A stretch of 64,000 bases of DNA. Origin: Felis catus (lineage: Eukaryota). Below are positions 50,044 to 63,260 of this stretch, one piece after another. Both the position numbers and the translations under genes were made by a program. Where the stretch lies: positions 23,438,001 to 23,502,000 of the forward strand of contig NC_058383.1 in the NCBI RefSeq assembly GCF_018350175.1, given 5' to 3'. The notes beneath the pieces were generated by a model, which did not search any database, was not told the origin of the DNA, and saw only the letters and a program-made list of their open reading frames with translations. Every line of letters starts with the position of its first letter. Position 1 is the stretch's first letter.

Positions 50044-50229
50044 TTAAACGCAAAATTTAAATTGAGCCGCCACCGACCTCTGGGAATTCGCTCTCCGGAT
50101 ACTCTGGCATCTGCATGGAAAGACAGGTGTGCAAAGATTTGCATCCAGCACTACTTGCAAAAGCAAGACTGGAGACACCCTGAGCGTCAATCAGCAGAAG
50201 ACTGGATCTGGGAGATGCGGGATGTGGGT

Positions 50230-50630
50230 ATGTGTGGCGTGGGGTCTCCGAGAAGCAGATGTCGAGACAGAGTGCAGGATGTATATGGGGGAGTCACAGC
50301 TATGAAGGAAAAAGGAGAGGAGATAAAATTGGGTGGGGAGGGCTGCCACTGGAACAAGGTTCAGGGCTAACAAAGCCTCCCCACCTCCCAGAGGGAAGCA
50401 AAGATCGCCTGTTAGGGAAATAGCCAGGCTCACCTTGGTATCACCAGTACCACCACCGTTTGCCCAGCCTTGGGCTGCGGGCTGCCTGGAGAAGACCGTG
50501 ACCCCAACTCAACAGCTGAGGGGGAACCCTGGAAAAGCTGCCAGCTTCCCAGTCCTCAGCGAGGCAGTGAGCCCTTTTACAAGGAGAGTCTAAACAACCC
50601 ATTCCTGGGTCTGACATAAGAGTCACCCAT
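50230..50630 (-). mobile_element. Old ERVL solo LTR (LTR16/LTR33-like)
   Basis: ggggtctcc.agaagcagatg.cgagac.gag...gaaggaaaaaggagagga...ttggg.gggga pattern. Confidence 0.5.
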
Positions 50631-51099
50631 ACAATAAAGAGATAAATCTATATTACTTGCCTGGGAACAGTCTCCAGGATATAGGTTAAGTGAAATACAT
50701 ATAAATCAAGTGCAAAAGAGAGCACAGTGTTTTGGAACCAAGTACAGGCGATGGTTGCCCAACAATGTCTATGTTCTGAACGCCATGGGATTGTACATTT
50801 TAAAATGGTTAATTTTGTTATGTGAACTTCATGTCAATTTTTTAAAGAAAGGACACAATGCGTTACCATCGTGTTAATAAAAAAGGAAATGCACCTATGT
50901 GCATGTATGCACAGAAAGGCATGGAAAATCTCCGGAAGGAGCCGTGAAAGACTGGTTCTGTGGCTGGCACTGAGGAGAGAGACCTAATTTTCACTGAATG
51001 CTCTTGGTACTGCTTAAATTTTTACCACATGCATGTCATTACACCCTCTCTGAAATGAACCATCATCAAAGATGTTAATTGTTCTGATGAATGAATTAC

Positions 51100-51960
51100 T
51101 TGCCGTCAGGAGAAATCAATGAAAAATTCCCTGCCAGATTACTATTAACCAGACACTGTCATGTTGGTCTTTCAATTTCAGAAAATTCAGCCCCCGCCAA
51201 GGTGCATGGACAGCACATACCAGGTTCCTTTCCCTCTCAGGGTCAGAGTACTTGAGGAACACAGACACAGTAAATTTCTGGAACCGCGTGGTGAACACCC
51301 ATACTTGCTAGAAAAGGAGGAAAATTGTATCTTACTGAAAATCCCTTCACCAGCTGCTGTATCATGCAACATTGAGCAAATTAGCATGCCTTCACAGACT
51401 CCATTATTTTAAAGATGGCAAAATGGCCAAGTCACTGACGTTTCCCCTTTCATCAAAACGTAAAGGACTGGTTGCCTCTGGGTCTCTCCACCAATTGCTC
51501 CAGCGCGTCTTTTGAGCCCATTTGATGGTGTCACTCAAAAAGGGCACCTTTTTCAACTTGGCTGCCTCTTTTTGACCCAAAATAATTTCAGCCATTTCTA
51601 CAGCTCCAGGCTCCACCAGGTTTTCTATTATTACATGCATCTTTCACGGTGATTCTGAACTGACCTTGAATGAAGAGACAAACAATTTTTTATCTGTTTG
51701 CTTGATTGTACTTCTCAGGCATTGCTCCAAGCCAAGGCTTCTTTTGCGTTGCAAAAAACACTAGTGCTTTGCCTCTAAAGTCACACAAGGGGCTTTCCAA
51801 TGCCTCTGCGAGTGTTTTGTTGCATGCAATCAGGGCTCAGATTTTTCTTGATGGAGAGACATATGGTCGGGCCCATTTTAGCAACTCCGTAATAAAACCA
51901 ATTACAAAAATAAGCATCTAAGAATATCTTACGCTTTTAAGATTGACACCACTGCTCACA
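51100..51960 (-). mobile_element. hAT/Charlie-family transposase fossil
   Basis: HVIIENLVEPGAVEMAEIILGQKEAAKLKKVP.LSDTI; FDERGNVSDLAIL (cf. LDESTDV..LA.L); EGMLICSMLHDTAAGEGIF (cf. EDLLFC..L...TTGE.IF); BED-finger-like remnant upstream. Confidence 0.85.
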
Positions 51961-52186
51961 CTACTCAATTGCTACTTGTGGCTGGCAGTTCACGCAGTGT
52001 CTTCGTGGTCAAGTTCACTGTGGCAAAGTCAGAGGCAATGCCATTTCATAGCTAAAGGACTTTGGGTTCTATGGGATCCACTCATTAGGTGGCACATGTC
52101 CCTGATTTCAAGCTTTTGCTTCAGATTTTTAAACCTTTTAGCTGACGTACAACTGTAAGCCTACTGCTCTTTAAGAAAGTAAACAA

Positions 52187-52395
52187 GGGGCACCTGGATG
52201 GCTCAGTCTGTTGGGGCTCCGACTTCGGCTCAGGTCATGATCTCGTGGTCTGTGAGTTCGGGCCCCGCATCGGGCTCTGTGCTGACAGCTCAGAGCCTGG
52301 AGCCTGTTTCGGATTCTGTCTCCCTCTCTCTCTGCCCCTCCCCTGCTCATGCTCTGTCTCTGTCTCTCAAAAATAAATATTGGGAAAAAAAAGTA
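52187..52395 (+). mobile_element. CanSINE
   Basis: SINE head, body and tail. Confidence 0.92.
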
Positions 52396-52460
52396 AATGA
52401 AAACTAATACTAAAATCCAAAAAGTCAGAATTGTCAGCAACCTTAATAGGTGTATGTATG

Positions 52461-52463
<3 letters not shown>

Positions 52464-52505
<42 letters not shown>
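52464..52505. repeat. (TA)n microsatellite
   Basis: Direct read. Confidence 0.98.
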
Positions 52506-52507
<2 letters not shown>

Positions 52508-53640
52508 CATTCACTCATTCACTCATTCACCCATTCATTCAGCAAATATTTATTGAGTCCCTATCTGCATGTTAGGCACTGTGCAGGGCCCTGGAAACAC
52601 AGTGGTGAGCCATAAGAACAAGTCCCTGACAACACGGAGCTTATGATTTAATAGGAGATACAGATGCTAGATAAATCATCAAACATATAATTATATATTG
52701 TGAAAAGTGTTCTGAAGAAAAGTATGCTACTCTAAATGAATATAGGAGACCTACTTTAATTTGGAGCAGTAGAGAAGGGACATTTAAGGCAAGACCTTGT
52801 CTTGGTCTGTTTGAGCTGCTGTAACAGATCACCAGACACTGGGTGGCTTATAAACAACAGAAATTTATTTCTCATAGTTCTGGAAATTGGAAGTCCAAGA
52901 TCAGGGTGCCAGCATGGTCGTGTTCTGAGGAGGATCTTCTTCCGGGTTAGACACGGCCAACTTTTCGTGTCCTCACATGGCAAAAAGCCGGAGAGGAGGC
53001 AAGCCCCGTCTTCATGACCTCATCTAATTCTAGCCATCTCCCAAAGGCCCCACCTCCTCCTCCTAATACCATCACATTGGAGGGTAGGGTTTTAACATGC
53101 GGATTTTGGGGGTGGTGGACACATTCAGTACACAACAGATAAGTAATCTCACAGGTGCGAAGTGAAAGGAAAAGTGTTTTAAGCAGAGGAAACAACACAA
53201 GTGAAGACCCTGGGGAATGAAAGAGAGGATGTAGTCAAAGAACTGGAGGAAGGTCAACATGGTGGGGATACAATGACTGAGGAGGGTGAAGAAGATACTA
53301 CCGGAGAGGACGGCAGAGACCAGACTGTGTGGGGGATGTGGACCACAATGGTAACTTTTAAGGAAGCCTTTGAAAGTTGTAATGGAGGGACTCACTTTAG
53401 TGGACATGTGTTTGTTTGAGGTTCTTCTGGCTTTTGTTGAAAGGACAGACGAGGCGGGCAGCAAAGAGGAAGTGAGGGGGTACAGTTGAGACATGATGGT
53501 GACCTAGAGTGAGGACAAGGGGATGGAAAGAAGTGGATAAATTAGGGGCCTGTTTTGAAGGTAGAACAGACAACATTTGGAAAGAGTGTGGCTGGTTCAG
53601 AGCAGAGGAAGAGAGGGAGAATGTCAAGAATGTCAGTAGA
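52505..53640 (-). mobile_element. L2 interrupted by an MLT1A-like LTR (~52798-53135)
   Basis: cattcattcagcaaatatttattgag L2 end; cagacactgggtggcttataaacaacagaaatttatttctcatagttctgga MLT1A motif. Confidence 0.85.
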
Positions 53641-53642
53641 AC

Positions 53643-53865
53643 AGGGACACCTGGGTGACTAAGTCGGTTAAGCATCCAACTCTTGATTTTGGCTCAGGTC
53701 GTGTTCTTGGGGTTCGTGGGCTCGAGCCCCACATTGGGCCCTGCACTGACAGTGCAGAGCCTGCTTCAGATTCTCTCTCTCCTTCTCTCTCTCCACGTCC
53801 CCTGCTTGTGCTGTCTCTGTCTCTCTCTCAAGATAAATTTTAAAAAATTTAAAAAAAAAAAGAAA
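53643..53865 (+). mobile_element. CanSINE
   Basis: TSD AAGAATGTCAG. Confidence 0.9.
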
Positions 53866-55344
53866 AGAATGTCAGCAGGACAGCTAACCACACTCCCTTT
53901 TAGAATCCCAGTCTTCACTGACCATCTCCAACATATGCAAGCCCCAATTTCCTCCTCTATGAAACAGGAACACTGCTCCTTGCCACTTACCTTTTCAGGT
54001 CGTTGTGCCGATTGAAAGGGTCAATGCATGGAAAGCGTCAATGGGCAATGCTCGAAATGGCCCTCCTATGATTATCCCCTTTTTGCCCCGTATCTTCATC
54101 TTTGCCCTTTGGTAATACTGCTATTCTTCAGGTGAACCAGATATTGTCCTCTCTTTGCTCATCCACTCACCTCCATCTAAATTTCCTCTCTCTTCCTTTT
54201 GAGCAAAACGGAGGTTACCCCTTCTCAGTCCGTGAATTCTCCCAGCCATCAACTTTCAGGTCCACGGCAATTTCTTCTGCAATGCTGAGCAAGAAGCTGG
54301 GGTCTCTTCCACTACCGCAGGTCCCTTAGGTACAGTCCCTCAGCTTTTATTATTTTGCAGGGCAACAGAGTCAGCTAGATATGGTTTCCCCGGTCTCCAA
54401 CATGGTTGCTAAAGCATTTTCTCCAACAGATGAAGAATAAAATGCCCTCCAACAAGATCTTGTGGATGTGCTCGTCACCCATACGCATGGTTCTCAAGAA
54501 AGAAAAGCCATGATAGGGAAACTCAGGTTGTGTCCCCCCAACAAGGTGATGTCATCGTGGAAATTTCTAAAGTATAAGCGGCTAGCTGTTCTCCTAGAAA
54601 CTAACTGCAACTTCTTGGGCTAGGAATTCCAAAGTTTGTGGTAGCTGCTTCCAGATAACATCCCAACTAAATCAATTAAGGATTTAATAAGTAAATGAAG
54701 CTTAAAAAATCAATTGGAATGGTATCATGCCAACATCAATCTCCTGGTTTTTAACAGTGTGATACGGTTATGTAAATATCACTGAGGGAAGATGGGTGAT
54801 GGGTATAGAGAAAATCTGTGTAAGTGTTGTTCATCTTACACTATTTCAAAATAAGACGTTATAATTTTTAAAATCAAATGCAACTCAAAAGTTAATTATG
54901 GCAATCAGTTTTGAAACGCTCTATGATTGTACTTCTACGTGCTTTAAGGAAGAACAAAATGCTTCACAAGTCATCAAAGCTGCAGAAGCAGAATGCAAGT
55001 CATGTGAAAAGTCAGGTAGACACAACACTACAAAAATACCTCCATTGACAGAGTCTGAGTTTCCAGACAGTTACCCCAGAATCCCGAGTGGTAGTGACGC
55101 TCCCCAGCTCTTGTGACAAGGTTATCCCCTACCTTGGTTCCACCAAGCCATCCAGCCCTTGGGCCCTCCCCACCTTCCTTAGCCTAAATCCTGAAAAGTT
55201 CACTGGGCCAAAAGGTCAACCACATATTTATCCACCCATAAGGCCTGGCACAAATGTCCCCAAATATGCCCAATCAGCTTGTGTGCCATACTAACAATAA
55301 CAACAGTGGCTAACAGTGACTGGATACTTCTCTTTTCTTAATGT

Positions 55345-55565
55345 GTTTTTTTTTTTAATTTTTTGAGAAAGAGAGAGAGAGAGAGAGAAAGACAGCACAA
55401 GTGGGGGAGGGGCAGAGAGAGACTGAAGAAACACAGAATCCGAAGCAAGCTCCAGGCTGAAGATGTCAGCACAGAGCCTGACACAGAGCTCTAACTCATG
55501 AGCCGTGAGATCATGACCTGAGCCAAAGTCATACACTTAGCCCACTGAGTCACCCAGGCCGCCCT
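55345..55565 (-). mobile_element. CanSINE
   Basis: Antisense SINE body. Confidence 0.9.
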
Positions 55566-56462
55566 CCACCTTCATTTCTAGCCCTTCTAGAAAAACTCTG
55601 CCCCTCCTCCTCTGAGACTGAAGAATTTATAAGTGAAAAACGACCCCATTTTTCGCAAGTGTGGAGGGAGAGGAATAATCACAGCCACCTTCATCCAAAA
55701 GTGTGGAAAAAAAAAAGCATCACCAAACCTGAGACAAACTTTTTTATGCCTTTGAAAAGACATACAAATCAAACAGCATTTGTCCATCTCTCTGCTCTTC
55801 AAAATTATCGTGCTTGCACCTGAAGTTTTAAGCAAAGAAATCCGTTCAACAAACCTAAAATCATGAAACCCAGATTTAGAGATGTATCCCCTTGCTCTAA
55901 TGAATGTCCAATTCAGAATACCATTTTGTCTTCAAAGAGCCCTAAAGGTTCTCATCCTTATCTTTCTGTTCTGGTAGCAGAAATATTACATCTTTGAAAC
56001 GAAAAAAAAAACCACATTATTCTGAGAGCTAAAACAGAAAAGGCTTTGAACTATTTAGAGATAAATCAACTCATAGTTACCAATAAACCAAAAAGAAAAA
56101 AAGAGACTATTTCAAACCAAGTAGGCCCCTCTTACATATATTCAAATGTTAATTTCCAAATCAGCCTTAAACTATCCACACATGCATTCGCATTCTGCTG
56201 AAGTGTCATACAAGCCCCCATTCAATCAGTTAAACAATTTAATTTTCTCTGAGGAAGGAACCAGGTCGCCAGAGAAGCAAACCTCAGGTAAAGCATCTAC
56301 ACCCTAATTCAGGTAGCTATTACCAGTGACATATAACCTCTTTCCCCTGGATGGCATTCCTAAGAATTCATATACAAATTTACCTTACTTCATTTAAATT
56401 TTAAAATTCTTCTTTCAGCTGAGTTGCTGAATTTTGTAATGAGGAGGAATAGCAGGTATCCT

Positions 56463-56790
56463 CAGGGCCTCCAAGGACAGTTGGGCTGTGTGTGCACTGC
56501 ACAAAGGCACTTGGCCAAGGCGATGAGTGGGGACAAATGCAGTCCTCCCTCTGATCACTAGCTAAGCCATCTGGCTGGGTCCAAAGGCCTTTAGACAAAG
56601 GAAGGAATGCTTTTTGGTAATCTGCCCTCCCCCACCACTCTGAGAAAGCACTTTTTATGGAAGTGGCACTTCTTTGTAAGCCACCTAAAAAAAACTATAA
56701 GTGCCAGTTGTGGCCCTAGATATCACACACCTGTGGGCTGTATCCTTAAGATGATCTACATATGACTTGTAGGTAGAACCAGGCTTTTAT
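56463..56790 (+). mobile_element. MER91-like hAT-Tip100 MITE
   Basis: cagggcc....cagttg....tgtgcactgcacaaaggcac start. Confidence 0.5.
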
Positions 56791-56867
56791 CCACAGAATT
56801 CCTCAGCTCTCAGCTCCAGCCCTTCCCTACTCTTATCCCCAGGCTTCACTCTTTTTTCTTTTTCCAT

Positions 56868-57123
56868 CTATTTTTAATGTTTATTTATATTTGAGAGAGA
56901 CAGAGAAACAGAGAGAGAGAGAGATTACGCAAGCGGGAGAGGGAGAGAGAAAGACGGAGACAGAATCCAAAGCAGGCTCCAGGCTCTGAATTATCAGCAC
57001 AGAACCCGATGCAGGACTCAAACTCGCTAGCCATGAGATCATGACTTGAGCCAAAGTCAGACGCCTAACCGACTGAGCCACCCAGGCGCCTTTTTCTTAA
57101 AGTTTATTTATTTTGAGAGAGAG

Positions 57124-57170
<47 letters not shown>

Positions 57171-57196
57171 GAGAGAGAGAGAACAAGTGAGGGAGG

Positions 57197-57240
<44 letters not shown>

Positions 57241-57360
57241 CCCAAACAGGCTCTGAGCCATCAGCACGGAGACTGATACGGGACTCGAACTCACGAACCT
57301 TTGAGATCATGACCCGAGCCAAAATCAAGAGCTCAACCAACTGAGCCACCCAGGTGCCCC
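56868..57360 (-). mobile_element. Two tandem CanSINEs, the second with expanded (GA)n tracts
   Basis: Heads at 57090 and 57360. Confidence 0.92.
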
Positions 57361-57639
57361 GCTTCACCCTTATTCCATTTCCATAAATTCAAGTACAAGA
57401 CCCATTATTTCTGATTCTTAATTTTACCAAGAAATTAAAGTACAGATGCTTCCTGGAATACTCAACCCTCGACAGATTATTTTATAAAGTGCATAACGCT
57501 ATTTCATGGATAAATAAAATGTTGCATCACAGATGAACCCCAAAGAACCTCAATATCAGTAAACTAAATTTATTCTTACTCAAAACTGGATAGTGCCTGG
57601 CTAATCTGGCAACTCTACAAAATTCAAGTTTTTCCATAC

Positions 57640-58100
57640 ATGCCTTCTTTTGTAATGGCCGTCACTGAAATACAATTCGCACCCCATAGAACTTACCCAT
57701 TTAAAGTATGTAAGTCAATGTTTTTAGAGTATTAAGAGTTGTGCAACCATCACCATGATCAAGGTCAGTGCATTTCCATCAGCCCAAAAAGAAACTCTGT
57801 ACCCATTAATAGTCACTCCCCATTCTGTCCTCCCCCCCCAAATCCTGGTAGTCACTAATTTACTTTCTGTCTCTGTGGGTTCTAAACATTTCATATGAAT
57901 GGATTCGTACACTAGGTGGTCTTTCGTGACTGGTTCCTTTCATTCATTCAACGTAGCGTTTTCAAGATTCATCCATGTTGTAACAGGTGCCAGTATTTCA
58001 TTGCATCATATGGATGTACCCCATTTGTTCATCCATTCTTCAGTTGATGGGCATGTGGGTTGTTTCTACCTCTTGACTCTTATAAATAATACTCTGACTT
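57640..58100 (-). mobile_element. L1MB/MC-like 3' end
   Basis: acccatttaaagt..gagttgtgcaaccatcacca..tttccatca.cccaaaaagaaac.ctgtacccatta. Confidence 0.88.
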
Positions 58101-58399
58101 ACCTTTGTAAAGGCTTGTTCCGATTGCTGTGTTCAAAATAGAATAGAATGGTGCATCTGAGACAAGGAGAACAGCAAGGAGTTCTTGCAGGGATCCGGGT
58201 GAGAGTGGTTGGCAGCTCACGCTTGGGTAAACATGTCAAAAATGGCCACTTTCTGATGTATTTTTATATAACCTGCTTCTGAAGCTTCCCCTGCTTCTTT
58301 TTCTTTTTTAAACCATCACTACACTTACTTCACTGCATTTTTGCCGACTTATTGGATTACAGATATAACACCTTGATGTAAACACCTACGATTATCTTT

Positions 58400-58880
58400 C
58401 TTGCTGGGTACGTGTTAGAATTTAACAAAATCTTAGCTCTCCCAGGGTTTGCCTGCATGAACCAACCAAATCAAAATCTGCAAAATGAGAACTTTCCAGT
58501 GTCTCTACAGTTTCGCTATAAAGATTTCATGGCCTCAGCCTCTAAAATTATTTCATCAAGTTCAATGGATAGGTGTTCAATTCTTTGCTAGCCCATTTTT
58601 TCCAACAATTTTGCTAATGATGTTTCTGTAGCAGCCTTCTTGTCTAATGTACTAGTTGAAATGTCAAAAAGCACAGGGTTTAAAAAGCTTTTCTCCAACA
58701 GAATATACTCCTTCATATGTGACATGGTAACTTGATTCGAACAATGTCATAAGGGCATTTTCTTGGTTACATTAAAATTTTGTTTGCATGCATTTTTCGA
58801 TAGCTTTCAGCTATTGAATAGCAATATATATAAGAAGCTGAGAGACTTATGTAATCAATATTTTGTATGTCCAAAAATAG
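58400..58880 (-). mobile_element. Second hAT/Charlie-like transposase fossil
   Basis: Minus translation with one frameshift: ESSYHV...SVGEKLFKPCA/DISTSTLDKKAA...QRIEHLSIEL (cf. SY.V...TIGE.LIKPCA.DI...L.EKAA...RI.DLS). Confidence 0.6.
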
Positions 58881-59101
58881 CACAGCTCCCTGAGAAAGTT
58901 GGTCTGTGAGAACAGAGAAGACCTTATTCTGGGGGGCATCTGGACAAGTTTGTCAACAAGTTTGGGGGTGGAAGTCAGAAAGAGCTAGAATTCTTTGCAA
59001 AATGGACAGAAAAAGAATCGAAAACCCAGAGGAAGATAAGAGCCACTGAGACTGGGCATCACAAAATTGAAGAGTGAAATCAAGAAAGAACAGGAGCAAT
59101 C

Positions 59102-59320
59102 GGGGCACCCGGGTGGCTCAGTCAGTTAAGCGTCCCACTTCAGCTCAGGTCATGATCTCACAGTCCGTGAGTTCAAGCCCCACGTTGGGCTCTGTGCTGT
59201 CAGTTCAGAGCCTGGAGCTTGCTTCGGATTCTGTGTCTCCCGCTCTCTCTGGCCCTCCCCCACTCACTCTCTCTATCAAAAAATGAATAAACGTTAAAAA
59301 AAATTAAAAGAAAAAAGAAA
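59102..59320 (+). mobile_element. CanSINE
   Basis: SINE head, body and tail. Confidence 0.92.
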
Positions 59321-60369
59321 GAGCAAGAGACAGGATCCCTCTCCTGAGCACTGTGAGACCTGAGGATGTACAGGAATGCCTGCTGGATAGGTTAGTGATT
59401 TGTTGTGAGGCATGCAATGCCAATCCCACTTTGATCCCCCCACTGGAATCATCAGTGAAGTCTAGACTGCTGTATCAGCTATCTATTGCTGTGTAACATG
59501 TTGCCCCAAAATGCAGTGGCTTAAAATGACCATGTTTTTTTACCTCACAGTTTCCGTGAGTCAGAAATCTGAGCCTGGATTAGCTGGTCACAAGAGTGTC
59601 AGGCCTTGGGGAGAACTGGGATGCCAGAACCTTAAAAGTATGTTTACAGGCATCAGTATTGGGGTTCAGCATCATTGTATATCGTCTTCAAGCTTCTGTT
59701 CTTTCATTTCTATAGCTAAGTAAGTGACAAGACCAGTGTGGGTGTTTGAATATGGGAACGGTCATGGACTAGACATCAACAAAGAGAAAAGCCCCCTGCA
59801 TCTGTACAGAGATCAGAAGGGCCTTCACAAGAAGTCATGTGACAAGGCGATTCTGGGTGCCACTTAGAAAATGAGACTTGGAAAGAGCATGTTGCTGTGT
59901 GAGCAACACCAGACTATACAAGGGGACTACAGGTCCCTCCCCACACTCCAGAATTCTTGCCCTGCATGATGCTAAATCAGGAGGAAGAAAAGCAGGAGCC
60001 CGTACTGGCTGCCCTCGGGGGACAGGAGGCATAGGCCCAGTTGGACAAGCAGGCTTGGGTACCTGGAGTCAGTTGGATATGACTCAGTCTCCCTGAGGCC
60101 AAATTCCCAAACAAGGAAGGCCCCTGGAGGGCCAGAGAAGCAAACCTCTCACCCCCCGTTGAGAGTCACTTCCAGAACAAGCCCAGGGCTCAAGGAAAAA
60201 GCCTTAAATATTATTGGGCTATTTTGTCATCTGTGTAAAGACAGTTTTCAAAAACAGGGTCCCTGTAACCTGTCAGGTGCTCAGGTGCATCTGAGCTCAA
60301 TTCAGGGTAAAGTTTGGTGCTCTCTGGGGCCCTGTGAAGCCAGAATCTCCACACTCTACTTGTTACAGA

Positions 60370-61625
60370 GAAAATAGTGCTGTGTGATCAGTTGCACCTA
60401 CAATAAAAAACAATATTCAGATGTCCAAAAATTAAGACAAGCAGGGAAGAGAAGCCATTCTAACCAGCTGAAGGTTATCAGAAAATCCAACCCAAATTTG
60501 TTCATGTAACTGAATGGACCAGGGGCAGATCTACAGGTATGATTTGATCCAGGCTCTAAAAGCTTTTACCAGAACCTGGTTTTGCTCACACCTTTTTTTT
60601 TTTAAATGTTATTTATTTTTGAGAGAGAGTACACAAGGAGGGGAGGGGCAGAGAGAGAAAGGGAGACACATAATTTGAAGCAGGCTCTAGGCTGTCAGCA
60701 CACAAACCCACCAACCATGAGAACATGACCTGAGCCGAAGTCAGACGCTTAACCAACTGAGCCACCCAGGTGCCCCTTCTCACACCATTTCTTAGTTCCA
60801 TTCTTTCACAGCTTCTCTTCCTATGATTTCAAGATGGCTGGACAGTTCATGTCCAGAAGGAAAGCAAACCTTTCTCCCTCGCTTCCTGTCTCTTATCTCT
60901 GCCTCTCTGTCTTTCTGTCCATCTCTCTCCTTTTCCCCTCCAATAGTTGAATAAAAATCCATGGTCTGGGGGTGCCTGGGTGGCTTAGTCAGTTAAGTGT
61001 CCAACTCTTGATTTTGGCTCAGGTCATGATCTCAGGGCTCCTGAGTTTGAGCCCCACATCAGGTTCTGCACTGACAGCACACAGCCTGCTTGGAATTCTC
61101 TCTCTCCCCCTCTCTTTGCCCCTCCCCTGCTCACGTGTACCAGTGTGCATGCTCTCTTTCTCTCTCAAAGTAAATAAATGTTAAAAAAAAAAAAATCCGG
61201 GGCACGTCCGACTTCGAATGTATCCAACTTTGGCTCAGGTCATGATCTCATGGTCCGTGAGTTCAAGCCTCGCGTTGGGCTCTGTGCTGACAGCTCAGAG
61301 CCTGGAGCCTGTTTCAGATTCTGTGTCTCCCTCTTTCTCTCTCCTCCCCCGCTCATGCTCTGTCTCTCTCTTCTCACAAATAAATAAACATTAAGAAAAA
61401 AAATTTTTTTTTAATCCACATCCTGGCTGTCACTGGCCCATCCCTGAATCAATCCCTATGGTTTAAGGAATGTGATATGCTGATTGATTTAAGAGAATCA
61501 GAGCCCACCCTGGAGCTGAAGGTGGGATTCATCTCACCTAATCCACGAGTGACAGTCCCAGAGGAATGCTTCCCCAAACGAAATTCAGTCTTGTGGGGAA
61601 GGAGGAATTGATGCTGAGTCATTAT
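60370..61625 (-). mobile_element. MLT1-like LTR broken by three CanSINEs (60594-60776 -, 60968-61195 +, 61199-61410 +)
   Basis: ttgttcatgtaactgaa..tttgatccaggct; catccctgaatcaatc.ctatgg..aaggaatg..atatgctgattg. Confidence 0.65.
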
Positions 61626-61839
61626 AAATGGTAAGTGCTAAAGATAAATAAACATACCAGGCCTCCATCTTCACAAGAAGTAAAAGATCCCTGAGGGAGA
61701 CCTGAAAAGGAATAGGATGCCCACCCACAGCAATGTTAGGTTTCCGGGCTAAGCTTACATTCCAGAGCTAGACTGTTTCAGTCAGAGATGGCTGCCTGTT
61801 TCTCAGCTCCTCGTACATGGCTGGCATTTGCCTACCCTG

Positions 61840-62805
61840 CACTCATTTCCCCTTATTCTGTGTATTCAATTTAGGAGGTCACAAGTCGGAGCGTGGCTCG
61901 GCTGGATTCTCTGCTCAGGGTCTCACCTGGCTGAGAGCATGCTGGGGCTGGGGTCCCATCTGAGGCTTGGGTCCCCTTCTAAGATTGCAGGCTGTTTTCA
62001 AACTTTAGTTCCTTATGATTGTATGATGAGGTCTCCCCATTCTCTCGCTGGCGGTCAGCCAGGGACCTCTAAGCTTCCAAGGTCCACGCTAGGTCCTTGC
62101 CACGTGGTCCCCTCCATAGGCTCTCTCACACTGAATACCTCTGAGTTCAGGAAGGGCTAGTTCCTTTGAATGGTACAGCTAGTTAAGTATGACTCACTCG
62201 GACGATCTGCCTTTTTTTTAGTGTTTATTTATTTTTAATTTTAAATTATTTATTTATTTTGAGAGAGACAGAGAGAGTGTGAGTGGGGAAGGGGCAGAGA
62301 GACAGAGAATCCCAAGCAGGCTCCATGCGGTCAGTGCACAGAGGCTGATGTGGGGCTTGAACTCATGAGACCGTGAGATCATGACCTGAGCCAAAGTTGG
62401 ATGCTTAACCAACTGAGCCACCCAGGTGCCCCACTGCTTATTTGTTTTTGAGAGAGGAGAGAGCCAGAGACAGAGCATGAGTTGGGAGGGGCAGGGTGGG
62501 GGGAAGGGGGAAAGAATCCAAAGCAGGCTGTGGGCTCTGAGCTGTCAACACAGAGCCCAACACAGGGCTTAAACTCATGAACCACAAAATCACGACCTGA
62601 GCTGAAGTCAGAACTGAGCCACCTAGACACCCCAATCTACCTTTTTATTAAGTCAAAAAATTAGTAAAAGCTAATAGTCTAAGACTAAAGTCATAGGAGT
62701 GGCACTCCATCACACCCACAGATTCTGCCTGGACTCAGGGGGAAGAGATTACACAGGGTATGCACACCAAGGAGCTTAGCGCCACCTTAGAATTCTGTCT
62801 ACCAC
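61840..62805 (-). mobile_element. MLT1-like LTR with two - strand CanSINEs (62213-62432, 62436-62633)
   Basis: ctctgctcagggtctcac..ggctga; gccacgtgg.cccctccatagg; ends gccaccttagaattctgtctaccaca. Confidence 0.75.
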
Positions 62806-62934
62806 AGTTTAGTAACTGAACTCTTCTGGAATCATCCATTTCCTTTTCAGTCAGTATGACTTGGGGTAAAGTGTATCATCTTCCAATCCACAGCATGGGA
62901 CAAGCACTGTACAAAGGAGGGCATGCTGAAGACA

Positions 62935-63260
62935 CGGTGTATAAGTCAGCTTTGGCTGCAGTGACAAATAACCCCAAAGTCTCAATGGCTTCCCATAACA
63001 AGTATTTATTTCTTGCTCCTGAGTATTCAGGTTGGCTGTGGCTCTGCTGGGTTCTGCTGATCTCAGCTTGGCTGTAAGTTGCAGGATATGTTCATGTCTG
63101 TTCCCTATGTCTCCTCATCTACACATTGCCTCACGTGGAGAAGCAACTACCAACAGGTCAGGCCAAATCATGTGAGCACATGTAAGACTACTGCTGTGGA
63201 ATCTATCATTTCTGCTCACGTTCCAACAACCAAAGCCCAAAGTCAGTGGTGTTGAGATAC
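62935..63260 (-). mobile_element. MLT1-like LTR fragment
   Basis: gctgcagtgacaaataaccccaaagtctcaatggctt...tttatttcttgctc. Confidence 0.65.

Noticed and set aside
51404..51640. Possible functional ZBED/FAM200-like gene
   Set aside because: Homologous motifs lie in different frames with stops; no long ORF.
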